IMG/VR virus record: IMGVR_UViG_3300026274_000001
Strand: one strand, 5' to 3'
Source of the DNA: a virus
Length of the DNA: 64,000 nucleotides
Within the stretch, counting starts at the first letter, position 1. Every line of letters begins with the position of its first letter. The notes beneath the pieces were generated by a model. The model was not told where the DNA came from, ran no database searches, and worked only from the letters and a program-made list of their open reading frames with translations. Shown one piece after another: positions 27,617-37,743 of the stretch. The translations under genes and the position numbers were made by a program.

Positions 27617-27788
27617 TACCCTTAGCCCCTTTGTTTCAATATGGCGTCGTTATATGAAAGCTGTTCGTGACACATTGATTTGTGTATTGATCATCTACGT
27701 GATGATTTGTTTAAGCGATCAGTTTACGATGGGCTTGAGTTACTTACAAATCAGTCTCGAAAACAATATTAATTGGTAAGGTTGTAAA

Positions 27789-28304
27789 ATGCAGAAACAT
27801 GTTTTTTCAGATGGCGATGGGGTACTTGCAGACTTCGATACAGGTTTCGAGCAACGTTTCGGCGTCGGCATGAAAGGCCTCAAAGTAGAAGTCTGGCAAG
27901 ACATGATTTTGCAAACTCAAGGTCAGTTCTTTGAAGAGCTGCCACTGATGCCCCAATGGGAATATTATTGGGGTTCGATCCTTCAGTATAAGCCACTTAT
28001 ACTGACGGGTTGTCCAAGAATCGGCTATGACTTGGCTGCTGAAGCCAAGTATGCTTATTACATGAAGCATTGTAACCCATCATATAGAGAGCTTCACGGC
28101 GAAGATATGACGATCATTACGTGTTTGAGTAAAGAGAAGCCAATTCACATGAAGGCACCGGGTGACATCCTGATTGACGATATGGTACATAACTTGAAAA
28201 AGTGGGAAAAGGCGGGTGGTAAAACCATCTACTTTAAGACTGCCAAACAAGCTATACATTTCTTCAAGCAGGCGATCGAAGAAGATCCGATCAAAGCTGC
28301 GTAA
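27789..28304 (+). CDS. HAD-family 5'(3')-deoxyribonucleotidase-like protein
   Basis: DGDGVLADF motif I, ILTG motif II, K...ILIDD motif IV. Confidence 0.85.
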   Translation: MQKHVFSDGDGVLADFDTGFEQRFGVGMKGLKVEVWQDMILQTQGQFFEELPLMPQWEYYWGSILQYKPLILTGCPRIGYDLAAEAKYAYYMKHCNPSYRELHGEDMTIITCLSKEKPIHMKAPGDILIDDMVHNLKKWEKAGGKTIYFKTAKQAIHFFKQAIEEDPIKAA

Positions 28305-28322
28305 ACCACATGCGCAAGCAAA

Positions 28323-28348
28323 TGAAGGGGAACGAAAGTTCCCCTTCA
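28323..28348 (+). terminator. hairpin/terminator
   Basis: TGAAGGGGAAC-GAAA-GTTCCCCTTCA. Confidence 0.6.
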
Positions 28349-28424
28349 CCATGAGTGGCAAGTAAATGTTGCAAATTGGCAAGCCATTCTGTATTCTGCT
28401 CCTATTAAGGAGTTTCCAGCAATT

Positions 28425-29687
28425 ATGCAAATCATCCAAGAAGAAAAACTCGATTTCTCATCAGTGCTCATCCGTCCGGAAAGAAGTACTCTTGGTAGTC
28501 GAAAAGATGTGGTTCTCAGCCGCACATTCCAATTCAAACATACCAACGCCAAGTGGACCGGAGTGCCGATTATTGCGGCAAACATGGACACAACTGGCAC
28601 TATTGAAATGTTTAAGGCATTGAGTCAACACACGATGTTGACTGCGCTACACAAGCATCACGATGCTCAGACTCTGGTCGATCATTATATGGCTGGTACA
28701 GACCCAGAAAAGGTTGTTCAACATTTTAATGAACAAGCCGAATGGGCGAATAAGTTTGGTGACGATGCTGATGGCAAAGCAGATCGAGAAGATGACGACG
28801 AGCGTGGTATCGAACGTCACGAACCATATCTGCATGGGGTACAGCGCCAATTTATTCAAACATTGGCAAGTAAATTCAGCTTCTACAGTATGGGCATTAC
28901 CAATACTGATATGGAGAAGTTCCGCAATCTATACACTCACCTAAGCAATCTTTGCTATAACTTTGATCCTTCTCACTCTCATGGCACAGCTCATCAGGCG
29001 CATCCTATTCGCATGGTTTGTGTTGATGTGGCAAATGGTTACACTGACACCTTCGACACGTTTATCAAACAACTGCGGAAAAACTACCCGCACTTGATTA
29101 TTATGGCTGGTAATGTAGTTACGGCCAACATGACTGAGCAATTGATCATGTCAGGTGCTGATATTGTCAAGGTTGGTATTGGTCCTGGTAGCGTGTGTAC
29201 CACCCGTAAGATGACTGGCGTTGGCTATCCCCAACTGTCAGCAGTTATTGAATGTGCATCCGCTGCTCACGGCGTGGGTGGTTTGGTTTGTAGCGATGGT
29301 GGATGCACGGTTCCCGGTGACGTCGCCAAAGCTTTTGGCGGAGGTGCCGACTTTGTGATGCTAGGTGGTATGTTGGCAGGTACGACCGAAGCTGCAGGTG
29401 CCATAGTAACCGACGATGACGGCAATATGTTTAAAGAGTTCTATGGCATGAGTTCTGCTACTGCCATGGGGAAGTATGCTGGTGGTGTAGCGAAGTATCG
29501 TGCTAGTGAAGGAAAGACCGTACAGATCCCCTACAAGGGTCCTGTAGACACTGTGGTGCAAGATGTATTGGGTGGATTGCGAAGCACCTGTACCTATGTG
29601 GGCGCAAGCAAGCTTAAAGAACTAACAAAACGAACTACTTTCATTAAAGTAGCAAATCAAATTAACAATGTATTTGGCAAATCATGA
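28425..29687 (+). CDS. guaC: GMP reductase
   Basis: [56 protein letters not shown]; carries an acidic insertion. Confidence 0.93.
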   Translation: MQIIQEEKLDFSSVLIRPERSTLGSRKDVVLSRTFQFKHTNAKWTGVPIIAANMDTTGTIEMFKALSQHTMLTALHKHHDAQTLVDHYMAGTDPEKVVQHFNEQAEWANKFGDDADGKADREDDDERGIERHEPYLHGVQRQFIQTLASKFSFYSMGITNTDMEKFRNLYTHLSNLCYNFDPSHSHGTAHQAHPIRMVCVDVANGYTDTFDTFIKQLRKNYPHLIIMAGNVVTANMTEQLIMSGADIVKVGIGPGSVCTTRKMTGVGYPQLSAVIECASAAHGVGGLVCSDGGCTVPGDVAKAFGGGADFVMLGGMLAGTTEAAGAIVTDDDGNMFKEFYGMSSATAMGKYAGGVAKYRASEGKTVQIPYKGPVDTVVQDVLGGLRSTCTYVGASKLKELTKRTTFIKVANQINNVFGKS

Positions 29688-30181
29688 AATTAAAGAAAAT
29701 TCTCAAACTGTTTGACTACCGAATTAGTGAAGGTAGCGAATTCATGTGGAAGTGTTTTGGTCCAAATGCTCGCTATTTGGATTTCATCAGTCCTGACTCC
29801 ATTCAAAATTCAGTTAGCGTGGTATATGATACCCTGACAACTAAGATCTATGCGATGGATTTCTGTTGTGAAACTGTCGATGGCGTCTATAGTTGGGTTG
29901 ATCCCAAGTATGAAGTCGCTCACGCTCGTGAATGCAAGGAACATAACGTTGATCGGAGAAATCAATGTTTCAGTAAGCAGTCGTTTTTGACCATGGCAGT
30001 TGATGCTTATGCAGGTCGAACACCTGATGTTGATTTGGCTTTGGATGTTGATCTTGATTTGGAGCCTAGTGTTGTTCACCAACTACACTTGATGGCTGCT
30101 GCGAAAGGTATTACATTTGATGAATTAGTTAACCTAGCGATCTCTCAAGAACTTGCAATCCTACAAAATAAGAAAGAATGA
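29684..30181 (+). CDS. conserved phage protein with C-terminal RHH-like segment
   Basis: [19 protein letters not shown]-terminal [17 protein letters not shown]. Confidence 0.7.
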   Translation: MKLKKILKLFDYRISEGSEFMWKCFGPNARYLDFISPDSIQNSVSVVYDTLTTKIYAMDFCCETVDGVYSWVDPKYEVAHARECKEHNVDRRNQCFSKQSFLTMAVDAYAGRTPDVDLALDVDLDLEPSVVHQLHLMAAAKGITFDELVNLAISQELAILQNKKE

Positions 30182-30316
30182 ACAGAATCAAGTTACACGA
30201 TGCGTTAATCGATGTATATGAATATGCTCTGAATCATGACATGGAGTTTCAACTCCTTGTCTTAGTTACAGTGGTGTATGCTAGGTACTTCATCTAAGGC
30301 ATCCCAAGTAGAAATG

Positions 30317-30345
30317 AAAAAAGCGACGCAATGCGTCGCTTTTTT
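30317..30345. terminator. bidirectional intrinsic terminator
   Basis: AAAAAAGCGACGCAATGCGTCGCTTTTTT. Confidence 0.85.
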
Positions 30346-30353
30346 GCCTAGAT

Positions 30354-30716
30354 TTAATGCTTCTTGAGATACACCACATAGCTGCCGCCGTTGCTTTGAA
30401 CCCGAGAGTATCGAACATACTGGGACAATGCTGGGTTGTCTAACCAACCTTCAAATTCACGTCGGATCTGTCCGCTTTTGCCGGTGACGATCGTGATTGC
30501 ATTTATGTGATAATTGAAAGCTCGAGCACACAGCTTGACGGTATGCTCAAATGCTTGTTGAACCGTCATACCATGTAAGTCGTAACCCAAGACTTCTTTT
30601 GGTGGGGAGGAATAGATGGGGCGATCTTTCATGGATATCGTTTGTTTGACATCCAGGGGCTGAACTCCCGCTACTGCTTGCTTCCACGCATCTTGATCTT
30701 CGTTGTTAGTGTCCAT
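30354..30716 (-). CDS. Smr-domain protein
   Basis: W-x-x-AVAGVQPL, DLHGMTVQQA, IVTGKSG, GGSYVVYL. Confidence 0.85.
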   Translation of the reverse strand: MDTNNEDQDAWKQAVAGVQPLDVKQTISMKDRPIYSSPPKEVLGYDLHGMTVQQAFEHTVKLCARAFNYHINAITIVTGKSGQIRREFEGWLDNPALSQYVRYSRVQSNGGSYVVYLKKH

Positions 30717-30732
30717 AATTTTTAGCCATAAA

Positions 30733-30757
30733 GAAAGCCCTATACTACAGGGCTTTC
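30733..30757 (-). terminator. putative terminator
   Basis: GAAAGCCC...GGGCTTTC stem. Confidence 0.55.
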
Positions 30758-30886
30758 TCATTACTTGCTAATATCATCCATGGCTGCAGGTGTTGATGTC
30801 GTTAAAATATCACGCATTATAGATGCAAACTTTGAACCAAAGTCAAACGTGCTATGAGCTTCGCCTGCTGCAATTATGACTATTGA

Positions 30887-31519
30887 TTATACTGTGATCG
30901 ACTGGAATACTTGCGTGATAGCACTGCCCGAGCTATCTTTAATAATAAAGCCTAAAGTATGGGTGCCAGAACTAAGTGTTAATGCAAAATTTGCTGGTGC
31001 ACCATCCAGTACAGCGAAAGATGTAATTGGTGTATTAATCACACTTCCATCAGTTACGTAACAAGTGTATTGTTTAGATGTGGTTGAACCAGAAACACTT
31101 ATCAATGTTCCAGTATATTGGCCATTAGATAAATTGGTATTCGTAAGATACGCACCAGAGCTTGCGGTGAAAGTACTAGCAATGGAAGTTGCCGGATTAT
31201 CCAGACTTAAAGTTACATTGAACAGTTGACCAAGTGTTGGATAATAAGTATTTGGCAAAACCAATGTAACTTGACCGTCATTTACGTTGGTTTGTTGATA
31301 TGTACCAACGCCATCTACGGAAAAAGTAAGAACACTAGCGTTAGTTCCAGTGTATTTTGAAAATTGTGCTGTAAAATTACCATTGAAATTCAAATATGGA
31401 ACATTAATAGGTGGTGCAACTTCACCTACAATCGTAGTTAGCTTGACTACCATAGCTGCTAAGTCTTCAAGAGTAATGGATTGAGTGCTATTTGTTGGTA
31501 TAACTGAAATATTAGCCAT
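30887..31519 (-). CDS. putative virion structural protein (beta-rich, Ig-like)
   Basis: Thr/Ser/Asn-rich, next to fibre gene; LSSGTHTL-type strand motif. Confidence 0.6.
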   Translation of the reverse strand: MANISVIPTNSTQSITLEDLAAMVVKLTTIVGEVAPPINVPYLNFNGNFTAQFSKYTGTNASVLTFSVDGVGTYQQTNVNDGQVTLVLPNTYYPTLGQLFNVTLSLDNPATSIASTFTASSGAYLTNTNLSNGQYTGTLISVSGSTTSKQYTCYVTDGSVINTPITSFAVLDGAPANFALTLSSGTHTLGFIIKDSSGSAITQVFQSITV

Positions 31520-31602
31520 TTGTAATTTCCTGTATTAAATATTTTATTAATTTATGAAGGCATGGAAAGTGTTATGTTTTCCATGCCTTGTTTACTTACT
31601 AA

Positions 31603-32136
31603 TTACGTTGCTGACATCAAACCCGCATTGATTAGCTTGGTCAACAATGCGTTGAAAGATCCTTGTGCTGATGCATCTGTCCAGCCTGAACCTTGTGACT
31701 GCAATGCTGCCATCTTAACAACACCTACTGTTGAAGTAGTTGCTGCTGGAGTTGCTGGAATAGCTGCGATAGCTGCTGCAACGAATGCTGTTGAAGCTGC
31801 GCCAGTTGTGCTGTTACCAAGAGTCAATGTTGGTACTGTTACTGTACCTGTGAATGTTGGTGATGCCAATGGTGCTGCACCAGTTACGTCAGCGATGGTC
31901 AGAACAACCGCACCTGAACGACCAGCAACTGATGTAACACCAGATCCACCTGTTGGTGCTGTTGCTACGTATGCCAGTGATGCCCATGCTGTTGCGCCGT
32001 CACCAATCTTTGACTTGCCTGAGTCGGTTTCAACGCCGATTTCACCGTTTGCCAAAATTGTGTTTTCTGCTGTCCAATCTGCGGCTGTACCTGCACGACG
32101 CAGTGCTTGAACTCGATAAATGCCTGTAAGTGCCAT
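31603..32136 (-). CDS. fibre/decoration protein with Mtd_N-like N-terminal domain
   Basis: RRAGTAADW...LANGEIGVETDSGKSKIGDG; VTSVAGRSGAV and APLASPTFTGT fibre motifs; FNALLTKL-x-x-AG head-fibre-like end; GGAG RBS. Confidence 0.8.
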   Translation of the reverse strand: MALTGIYRVQALRRAGTAADWTAENTILANGEIGVETDSGKSKIGDGATAWASLAYVATAPTGGSGVTSVAGRSGAVVLTIADVTGAAPLASPTFTGTVTVPTLTLGNSTTGAASTAFVAAAIAAIPATPAATTSTVGVVKMAALQSQGSGWTDASAQGSFNALLTKLINAGLMSAT

Positions 32137-32248
32137 TTTAAATCTCCGCATATTTGAGTAAAACCATTTTTACCCATACAATGCTTCTATTATTTACCTT
32201 TACTTAGCATATGGTAAAAAGAGGACTTTCCTCTGGTTTCAAAATACA

Positions 32249-32959
32249 ATGAAAACTAACGCATTTTTATATAAATGGACACAGCTTACCACTGGAAAAT
32301 GGTATATAGGTTCAAGAACTAGAAAGGGTTGCCACCCAAATGATGGTTACTTGTGTTCTAGTAAAACAGTAAAACCGTTGATTGTATCCCATCCTGAAGA
32401 ATGGAAAAGAGATATTCTGGTTGTTGGAAATCCGATTTATATTAGAGAAATAGAAACGACTTATTTGGTTAAGTTTGATGCGGCCAAGGATACTAATAGT
32501 TTTAATTTATCCAATTCTCATGGCAAATATTCTTTTACTGGACAAACTCATTCTGAAAAAACGAAATTAGCTATAAGTTTAGGTAATAAAGGAATAAAAC
32601 GACCTGGTAGCGGTAATCGAACCTCTAATAGAGGAAGTAGCGAAAATAGAGGAAATAAAAAATGTCACAAAGGCAAAAATAATCCTTGCTACGGTCGCAC
32701 GGGCAAACTAAATCCGATGTTTAATAAAAAACATCCACCAGAAATGAAAAAGGTGCTATCCGATATCAAAATGGGTGGCAAGAATCCAAATTCTAAACGA
32801 GTACTAACACCCTTTGGCCATTATGACACTCTGAAAGAAGCAGCACTTGCTTACAAAGTTTCGTCAAACACAATTAAGTATTGGATTACTACTAGTAGAC
32901 TTGGATTCAGTTTTATAAATTTAGAAAAGAATAAAGAAGAACAGAGAAATGACAGATAA
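32249..32959 (+). CDS. GIY-YIG homing endonuclease with NUMOD3-like repeats
   Basis: FLYKW...WYIGSR, HSEKTK, NPMFNKKH; AT-rich relative to neighbours. Confidence 0.8.
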   Translation: MKTNAFLYKWTQLTTGKWYIGSRTRKGCHPNDGYLCSSKTVKPLIVSHPEEWKRDILVVGNPIYIREIETTYLVKFDAAKDTNSFNLSNSHGKYSFTGQTHSEKTKLAISLGNKGIKRPGSGNRTSNRGSSENRGNKKCHKGKNNPCYGRTGKLNPMFNKKHPPEMKKVLSDIKMGGKNPNSKRVLTPFGHYDTLKEAALAYKVSSNTIKYWITTSRLGFSFINLEKNKEEQRNDR

Positions 32960-33719
32960 TACCAAGAAAACAGGTATGACAATTACAGTATCCGATGAAT
33001 TGGTTGCTGACCTGAAGACCCTGCATGGCATTGATGCCGTTACCGAAATTGTTAATTCGGTAACATCAGAGCTTGAATTGGAATTAGAACAACCAAAAGA
33101 ACCAGAACGTCGTGTGTTTTCTATCGATGTTGGTAATATGACTCCTGAACAAGCCAAGGAAGCAATCACCGCAATTCAAAACAAATATGCCGCGCTTGAT
33201 AGTGCATATAACCCCATGACTATGGGCGAAGACTACTTTTTTGCACCTGCGCCAAAGAAGAAGTTTATGTCTACTAAGACATTTAATACTGATCGCGGAT
33301 TGAGCTGCTGTTTCCGTCAATGGCGTGCCACCCATTCACATTGCTCAACACTGCACGGCTATTCAATCGGTGTGAAGTTTGTATTTGAATGTGAAGAACT
33401 GGACGAACGCAACTGGGTATTCGACTTTGGTGGTCTGAAGGATATTAAGAAATGGCTTGAGCATATGTTTGACCATACATGCTGTGTTGCAGAAGACGAT
33501 CCATTGTTGGAACAATTTAAGGCATTTGCAGCAACTGGCGTTATGGACTTGCGGATTGTCCCAGGTGTAGGCTGTGAACGTTTTGCCGAAATGATTTTTG
33601 ATCATGTCACTAAGGTGTTAGATGATTCCCGCGATACTATGTTGAACAAGACTGCACGACTTAAGTCAGTCGAAGTCTTCGAACATGGTGCTAATTCGGC
33701 GATCGTTGAACGCGACTAA
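32949..33719 (+). CDS. queD: 6-carboxy-tetrahydropterin synthase (QueD/PTPS) with N-terminal capsid-like and portal-like segments
   Basis: SHCSTLHGY, WVFDFGGLK, FDH, GCERFA, VEVFEH in the C-terminal 150 aa. Confidence 0.85.
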   Translation: MTDNTKKTGMTITVSDELVADLKTLHGIDAVTEIVNSVTSELELELEQPKEPERRVFSIDVGNMTPEQAKEAITAIQNKYAALDSAYNPMTMGEDYFFAPAPKKKFMSTKTFNTDRGLSCCFRQWRATHSHCSTLHGYSIGVKFVFECEELDERNWVFDFGGLKDIKKWLEHMFDHTCCVAEDDPLLEQFKAFAATGVMDLRIVPGVGCERFAEMIFDHVTKVLDDSRDTMLNKTARLKSVEVFEHGANSAIVERD

Positions 33720-33732
33720 TTCCAAATAGTAC

Positions 33733-33761
33733 TTGACTGCCATACTAGATGAACCTAGTAT
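33733..33761 (+). promoter_or_regulatory. sigma70-like promoter overlapped by an inverted repeat
   Basis: TTGACT-17 nt-TAGTAT; TGCCATACTAG...CTAGTATGGCA. Confidence 0.55.
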
Positions 33762-33799
33762 GGCATCGTTACACACAAACTAACTGAGGAGAAAACAAA

Positions 33800-34492
33800 A
33801 TGGGCTTTAGCCTTACTGCTTCATCCGTAAACTCGGCAATGATCCGTGTTTACAACTATGTCTTTGCTGCTCTGGTTCTCACTGGTGCGGTTGCATTCGG
33901 CGTAGCAAGTCAGCCGGCGTTTCTGAAGGTGTTGATGACCGGCGCCGCACAGATCGGTCTGATCGTACTGACGTTTGTATTACTGTTCAGTATCTCGTCG
34001 GTCCGTGAGTCAGAAAACGCGGTTGCTGCGAAGGTGATGTTTGGTGCATTTGCTGTTGTATGGGGACTTTTGTTCTCTGGCATTTTCGCCGCATATACGA
34101 CTGCAAGTATTTTCGCTGCTTTGTTCTCTGCTGCGGTATTATTCCTGACTATGTCCGGATACGGTTACTTCACCAAACGTGACATCACGTCGTTCGGTCA
34201 ATACTTGTTTATTGGCTTGATTGCAATCATTATCGCAAGTGTCGTTAACTTGTTTGTCGGTAGCAATACTGCATCATTGGTGATTTCAGGTTTTACTATC
34301 CTGTTGTTTATCGGTATCACCGCATGGGATGCGCAAACGATTCGTGATTCTTTGATGGCAGCTGAATCGCAAGCCAATCTTGATTACGTTGTTGTCAACG
34401 GTGCGATGTCCCTGTACTTGGACTTCTTGAACTTGTTCTTGAGTTTCCTGCGCTTTATGGGTGTTCCAGTTCCTTCGTCAAGTAACGATTGA
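33800..34492 (+). CDS. Bax inhibitor-1/YccA family membrane protein
   Basis: Seven TM segments, YGYFTKRD, TAWDAQ, A-x-SLYLDFLNLF. Confidence 0.9.
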   Translation: MGFSLTASSVNSAMIRVYNYVFAALVLTGAVAFGVASQPAFLKVLMTGAAQIGLIVLTFVLLFSISSVRESENAVAAKVMFGAFAVVWGLLFSGIFAAYTTASIFAALFSAAVLFLTMSGYGYFTKRDITSFGQYLFIGLIAIIIASVVNLFVGSNTASLVISGFTILLFIGITAWDAQTIRDSLMAAESQANLDYVVVNGAMSLYLDFLNLFLSFLRFMGVPVPSSSND

Positions 34493-34772
34493 TACAAAAG
34501 TAACACGGTAACAACTGGCATGGCCCCCTAGGGGGCCATCATACCATTCAGCTACTGGGTACTGAACTAATATCACCAGAGTAACCATGAGGGTTTGCTG
34601 ACTTCTAATATATTCCAATATGGCAACAAAAACTATTGCATAGTTGCCACATATCTGTAGAATACGATTTAAGGTGCAGACATGCACTAAGCAACTGGCA
34701 AGTAAGCGCTCCGCGGCCAAGTTGTATCCTAAAAAGTGAGCGTTAGCAGTAACTGAGTAATTTTTAAAACAA

Positions 34773-35060
34773 ATGGCAACAAAGCAATCTACCCGTAGTG
34801 ATCTGGAAAACTTCCTGGCTGGTCTTGACCTCGCAAACAAGCCTGTCATCCATGTAAATGGTAAGGAACACCCAACCGCAGTAGTCGTAGTTGACTTCGG
34901 TTCACCCCTCACGCAAGTCAAACTCTCCCCTGAGCAAAACCAAGAACTCGCAGGCAAGCTGCGCAAGTTCGCCCGTGAACTAGTCAACAAGGATGCAAAC
35001 CTGCGCATCTCGTCGGACAACTACTTGGGCTTGATCTTCTGGGCGTCATCAGCACACTAA
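34773..35060 (+). CDS. hypothetical protein
   Basis: 95-aa ORF followed by terminator. Confidence 0.7.
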   Translation: MATKQSTRSDLENFLAGLDLANKPVIHVNGKEHPTAVVVVDFGSPLTQVKLSPEQNQELAGKLRKFARELVNKDANLRISSDNYLGLIFWASSAH

Positions 35061-35081
35061 GCTGAAGATAGCAACGATAAG

Positions 35082-35104
35082 AAACGCACTACGGTGCGTT
35101 TTTT
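35082..35104. terminator. bidirectional intrinsic terminator
   Basis: AAACGCAC-TACG-GTGCGTTTTTT. Confidence 0.8.
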
Positions 35105-35390
35105 AATGAGCCAATGAATCACAAAAGGTGAGTTTGAACATGACAGCATAGCTGATGCTACGAAAGCGATATTCGATCTTGTTTTGATTTGATATAGATG
35201 TGATGACGTTACAGTCATCAGTGTGGACGGTGAACTTGTAATCCACCCATACGTCATACTTGCCTACGTTCTCGTCAATCCAATCAGCAATCGTAGCTTG
35301 AACTTCAGGCAGGTTAGTAACCGTGACTGAATGTCGCCATACGTGCTTGGCGACATAGTTGGCGAAACGATTGCTAGATTTGCGAATCAT
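35103..35390 (-). CDS. FKLxW-family small protein (array B)
   Basis: DWIDENVG...YAVMFKLTF. Confidence 0.75.
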   Translation of the reverse strand: MIRKSSNRFANYVAKHVWRHSVTVTNLPEVQATIADWIDENVGKYDVWVDYKFTVHTDDCNVITSISNQNKIEYRFRSISYAVMFKLTFCDSLAH

Positions 35391-35422
35391 CAGAGCGGAT
35401 ACACAATAATACTACAGTATAG

Positions 35423-35665
35423 TTACTTTTGATCAGACCATGACAGTCTAAACATCATACCGCTAGCATCGGACTCGAACTTAACGTAGAACTTCATTTC
35501 TTCAGGCTCAACGTCTACTTCATAGTCGGTGATGTTGTGCTCACTAGCCCAGGTCTTGAACGTGTCATTGAGTATTACTGTAACATTCAACAGATCGCTT
35601 GCCTCTTCAACTGGATCCAATTGAATGCGATATAACGAATCGGGTATAAGAAATTTCATGACCAT
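35423..35665 (-). CDS. FKLxW-family small protein (array B)
   Basis: TWA...VKFESDASGMMFRLSW. Confidence 0.75.
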   Translation of the reverse strand: MVMKFLIPDSLYRIQLDPVEEASDLLNVTVILNDTFKTWASEHNITDYEVDVEPEEMKFYVKFESDASGMMFRLSWSDQK

Positions 35666-35913
35666 GTTAATTTGAACCTGATGGCTTCGGTTGCATCGTT
35701 AAAGTAAACATCTATAGCATGACTCCCAGACTTCGATACTTCCCAGTCCCAGTCAACCCATTGTGCCCCAACAAGTTCTTCAAGCTCAGGCCTTATAATT
35801 TCATTTGGATCAGAAGTCACAAATTCATTATCATTATCATCCTGTATTATACGCTCGCTTGGCCACGGCACGGTAACTGAATATGAATAGGCAGTAAATT
35901 CTTTTAATTTCAT
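35656..35913 (-). CDS. FKLxW-family small protein (array B)
   Basis: LEELVG...TEAIRFKLTW. Confidence 0.75.
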   Translation of the reverse strand: MKLKEFTAYSYSVTVPWPSERIIQDDNDNEFVTSDPNEIIRPELEELVGAQWVDWDWEVSKSGSHAIDVYFNDATEAIRFKLTWS

Positions 35914-36575
35914 TGTATGATTGGCTTGACTCTTGCTCGATCGTTCCAAGCAAGCTTGAACATTAAAGCCTCGTTTTCACTCTCAAATTCCGCGGTGAGA
36001 CCAACATGAAACGTATTTATGGCATATTTTGAATCTAGCCGTTCAGTACACCATTCTTTTATTTCTTTGACAAAGGCATCCCACTCAATCCGTTCATTTT
36101 TGGTATCGAATGGGTACATCACCTCCATTTTTAATCCCCTGGGGGCAAACCACCAGATCCTGAACGCCTCGTAGTCTTCCAAGTCCACAAACGTTAGGGT
36201 CCAGCATGAGTTTACTTGAGTTTGGGCAAATACGACATTCTTGCATTCAGTCTCAAACCAGGTATCAAACTCAGCACGTCGCCATACTCGATAGCCTTCA
36301 ATCTCGCTAATTTGAAATGTTAGCTGTCGATCGTAAAACGCTGTCCTTCCGTACCAAGCCATATGATCTATTAATGGATCATATATCGCATAATAATTAT
36401 GCTGGTTATGGGTAATATTACCCATAACAGGAAGATGCACTCCGTCAGTAGACATTACGAATAAGTTTGACGGACTATGACTATATGACTTAATAGGAAC
36501 ATGCGAGCCATTAACCATAATGGCATCCTGAGAGAAGTGCAGTGACCCAGGAATGATAGTAAGCTTGCTTGCCAT
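35910..36575 (-). CDS. FKLxW-family protein with two tandem family domains
   Basis: TWF...DLEDYEAFRIWW then EWC...ENEALMFKLAW. Confidence 0.75.
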   Translation of the reverse strand: MASKLTIIPGSLHFSQDAIMVNGSHVPIKSYSHSPSNLFVMSTDGVHLPVMGNITHNQHNYYAIYDPLIDHMAWYGRTAFYDRQLTFQISEIEGYRVWRRAEFDTWFETECKNVVFAQTQVNSCWTLTFVDLEDYEAFRIWWFAPRGLKMEVMYPFDTKNERIEWDAFVKEIKEWCTERLDSKYAINTFHVGLTAEFESENEALMFKLAWNDRARVKPIIQ

Positions 36576-36937
36576 TATCCGTGCGTCAATTTAAATTTGA
36601 TAGCATCCGTATCATCCATAATCAGTCGATGAGATGACATCTGGAAAGGAATCTTACCATCCGTGATCCAATTCGGATCATCACCAATAGCCCTAACTCC
36701 CTTTTGGTATTGCAGTGAAGGATATTCTTCCTTCAATTCTGCATAGACTGGGGCGGTCCAATCGAATGTTTCAGTAGTCATGTTGCGTGGATATGGCCGA
36801 ATGATCCAAACCGTGAACGGATCAATATCAACTTGCACGAAGTGATGAAGGCGATCACCCAAATAGTAATTCTTGTTTTGATGGTAGTCGTTTTCATTTT
36901 TGTAGACAACCAACTCATATTCTCTAATCAGTTTCAT
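36575..36937 (-). CDS. FKLxW-family small protein (array B)
   Basis: DDTDAIKFKLT; start moved to MKLIR, which overlaps the upstream stop. Confidence 0.7.
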   Translation of the reverse strand: MKLIREYELVVYKNENDYHQNKNYYLGDRLHHFVQVDIDPFTVWIIRPYPRNMTTETFDWTAPVYAELKEEYPSLQYQKGVRAIGDDPNWITDGKIPFQMSSHRLIMDDTDAIKFKLTHG

Positions 36938-37337
36938 AATTGGTATTGGATAAAAGGAATTGAACTTGTTCGGCCTCGTCATGAATTTCCACATGAAGAT
37001 ATTCACCGTCGTATGCATATTCAACACTGGTGTAATGACCGAACAGTAGTTTGCATATTTCACTATTCTCAAAGTCATGACATTTTTTCCATAGAGTCTT
37101 GTTGCGTATGACTTCTACTTTGGAATGCTTGATCACTTGGAACCGCAGTGGCGCACCATCAAGATGCGGGCAAACTTGAATAACTGTTGGAGTTGCCTCG
37201 ATTTCCCAAGCAGGTATACCACGAAATAGATAGCTATAGCTGGAACCTTGATGCATGGGAACATACGGATGCATTATCAGCAGACTGTGATGCTCTGGGA
37301 AACTTATTATTTTTCTTTTCATATCATAACGATGCAC
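36924..37337 (-). CDS. FKLxW-family small protein (array B, divergent)
   Basis: VEIHDEAEQVQFLL. Confidence 0.6.
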   Translation of the reverse strand: MHRYDMKRKIISFPEHHSLLIMHPYVPMHQGSSYSYLFRGIPAWEIEATPTVIQVCPHLDGAPLRFQVIKHSKVEVIRNKTLWKKCHDFENSEICKLLFGHYTSVEYAYDGEYLHVEIHDEAEQVQFLLSNTNYETD

Positions 37338-37386
37338 GTTTGTACCATTATGACATAGATGGCAAGTAATGTCTAGCCAGTTGTGA

Positions 37387-37743
37387 CTAGCAATACTTTA
37401 ATTTGAAGTGAAGCGCCTCGGTATCATCTTTGAATACCAAGTAATCATTGACTTCGCCCTCTAAGTAGGGAGCGTCTGGGTACAGATGCCGTTCTATTGT
37501 GATGCTAGGGAAATCTTCTTTGAAAAATGCAATGAGGGAAGATTCATTAATTGGTTGATATCTGGATTTGACCACAATCAACCGAAATTCAATCTGCTCC
37601 TCAAGCCGCAACACCAGTTCGGCATGATTCATCATTGCTCGCGAAATTGGTTCCACTTCTGACATTATCAGAACCGAATTGCCAAATTCCCTAAACATAT
37701 GCAGCATGTCAGCTCCATCGTAATCGAAACAATACTGCTTCAT
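37387..37743 (-). CDS. FKLxW-family small protein (array B)
   Basis: LVFKDDTEALHFKLKY. Confidence 0.75.
   Translation of the reverse strand: MKQYCFDYDGADMLHMFREFGNSVLIMSEVEPISRAMMNHAELVLRLEEQIEFRLIVVKSRYQPINESSLIAFFKEDFPSITIERHLYPDAPYLEGEVNDYLVFKDDTEALHFKLKYC

Noticed and set aside
31562..32110. 182-aa plus-strand ORF
   Set aside because: Antisense shadow of the fibre gene, which has an RBS and recognisable motifs.
31603..32136. Diversity-generating retroelement suggested by the Mtd_N-like domain and the diversified array
   Set aside because: No reverse transcriptase and no TR/VR pair differing at adenines was seen; the Mtd_N-like domain is common in ordinary fibres.
34515..34620. Possible ncRNA around the ATGGCCCCC-TA-GGGGGCCAT hairpin
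   Set aside because: Only one hairpin with no recognisable family features; could simply be a terminator or operator.
36938..37078. N-terminal 47 aa of the 36575-37078 ORF
   Set aside because: Overlaps the upstream family member; the ATG at 36937 fits the usual coupling pattern.
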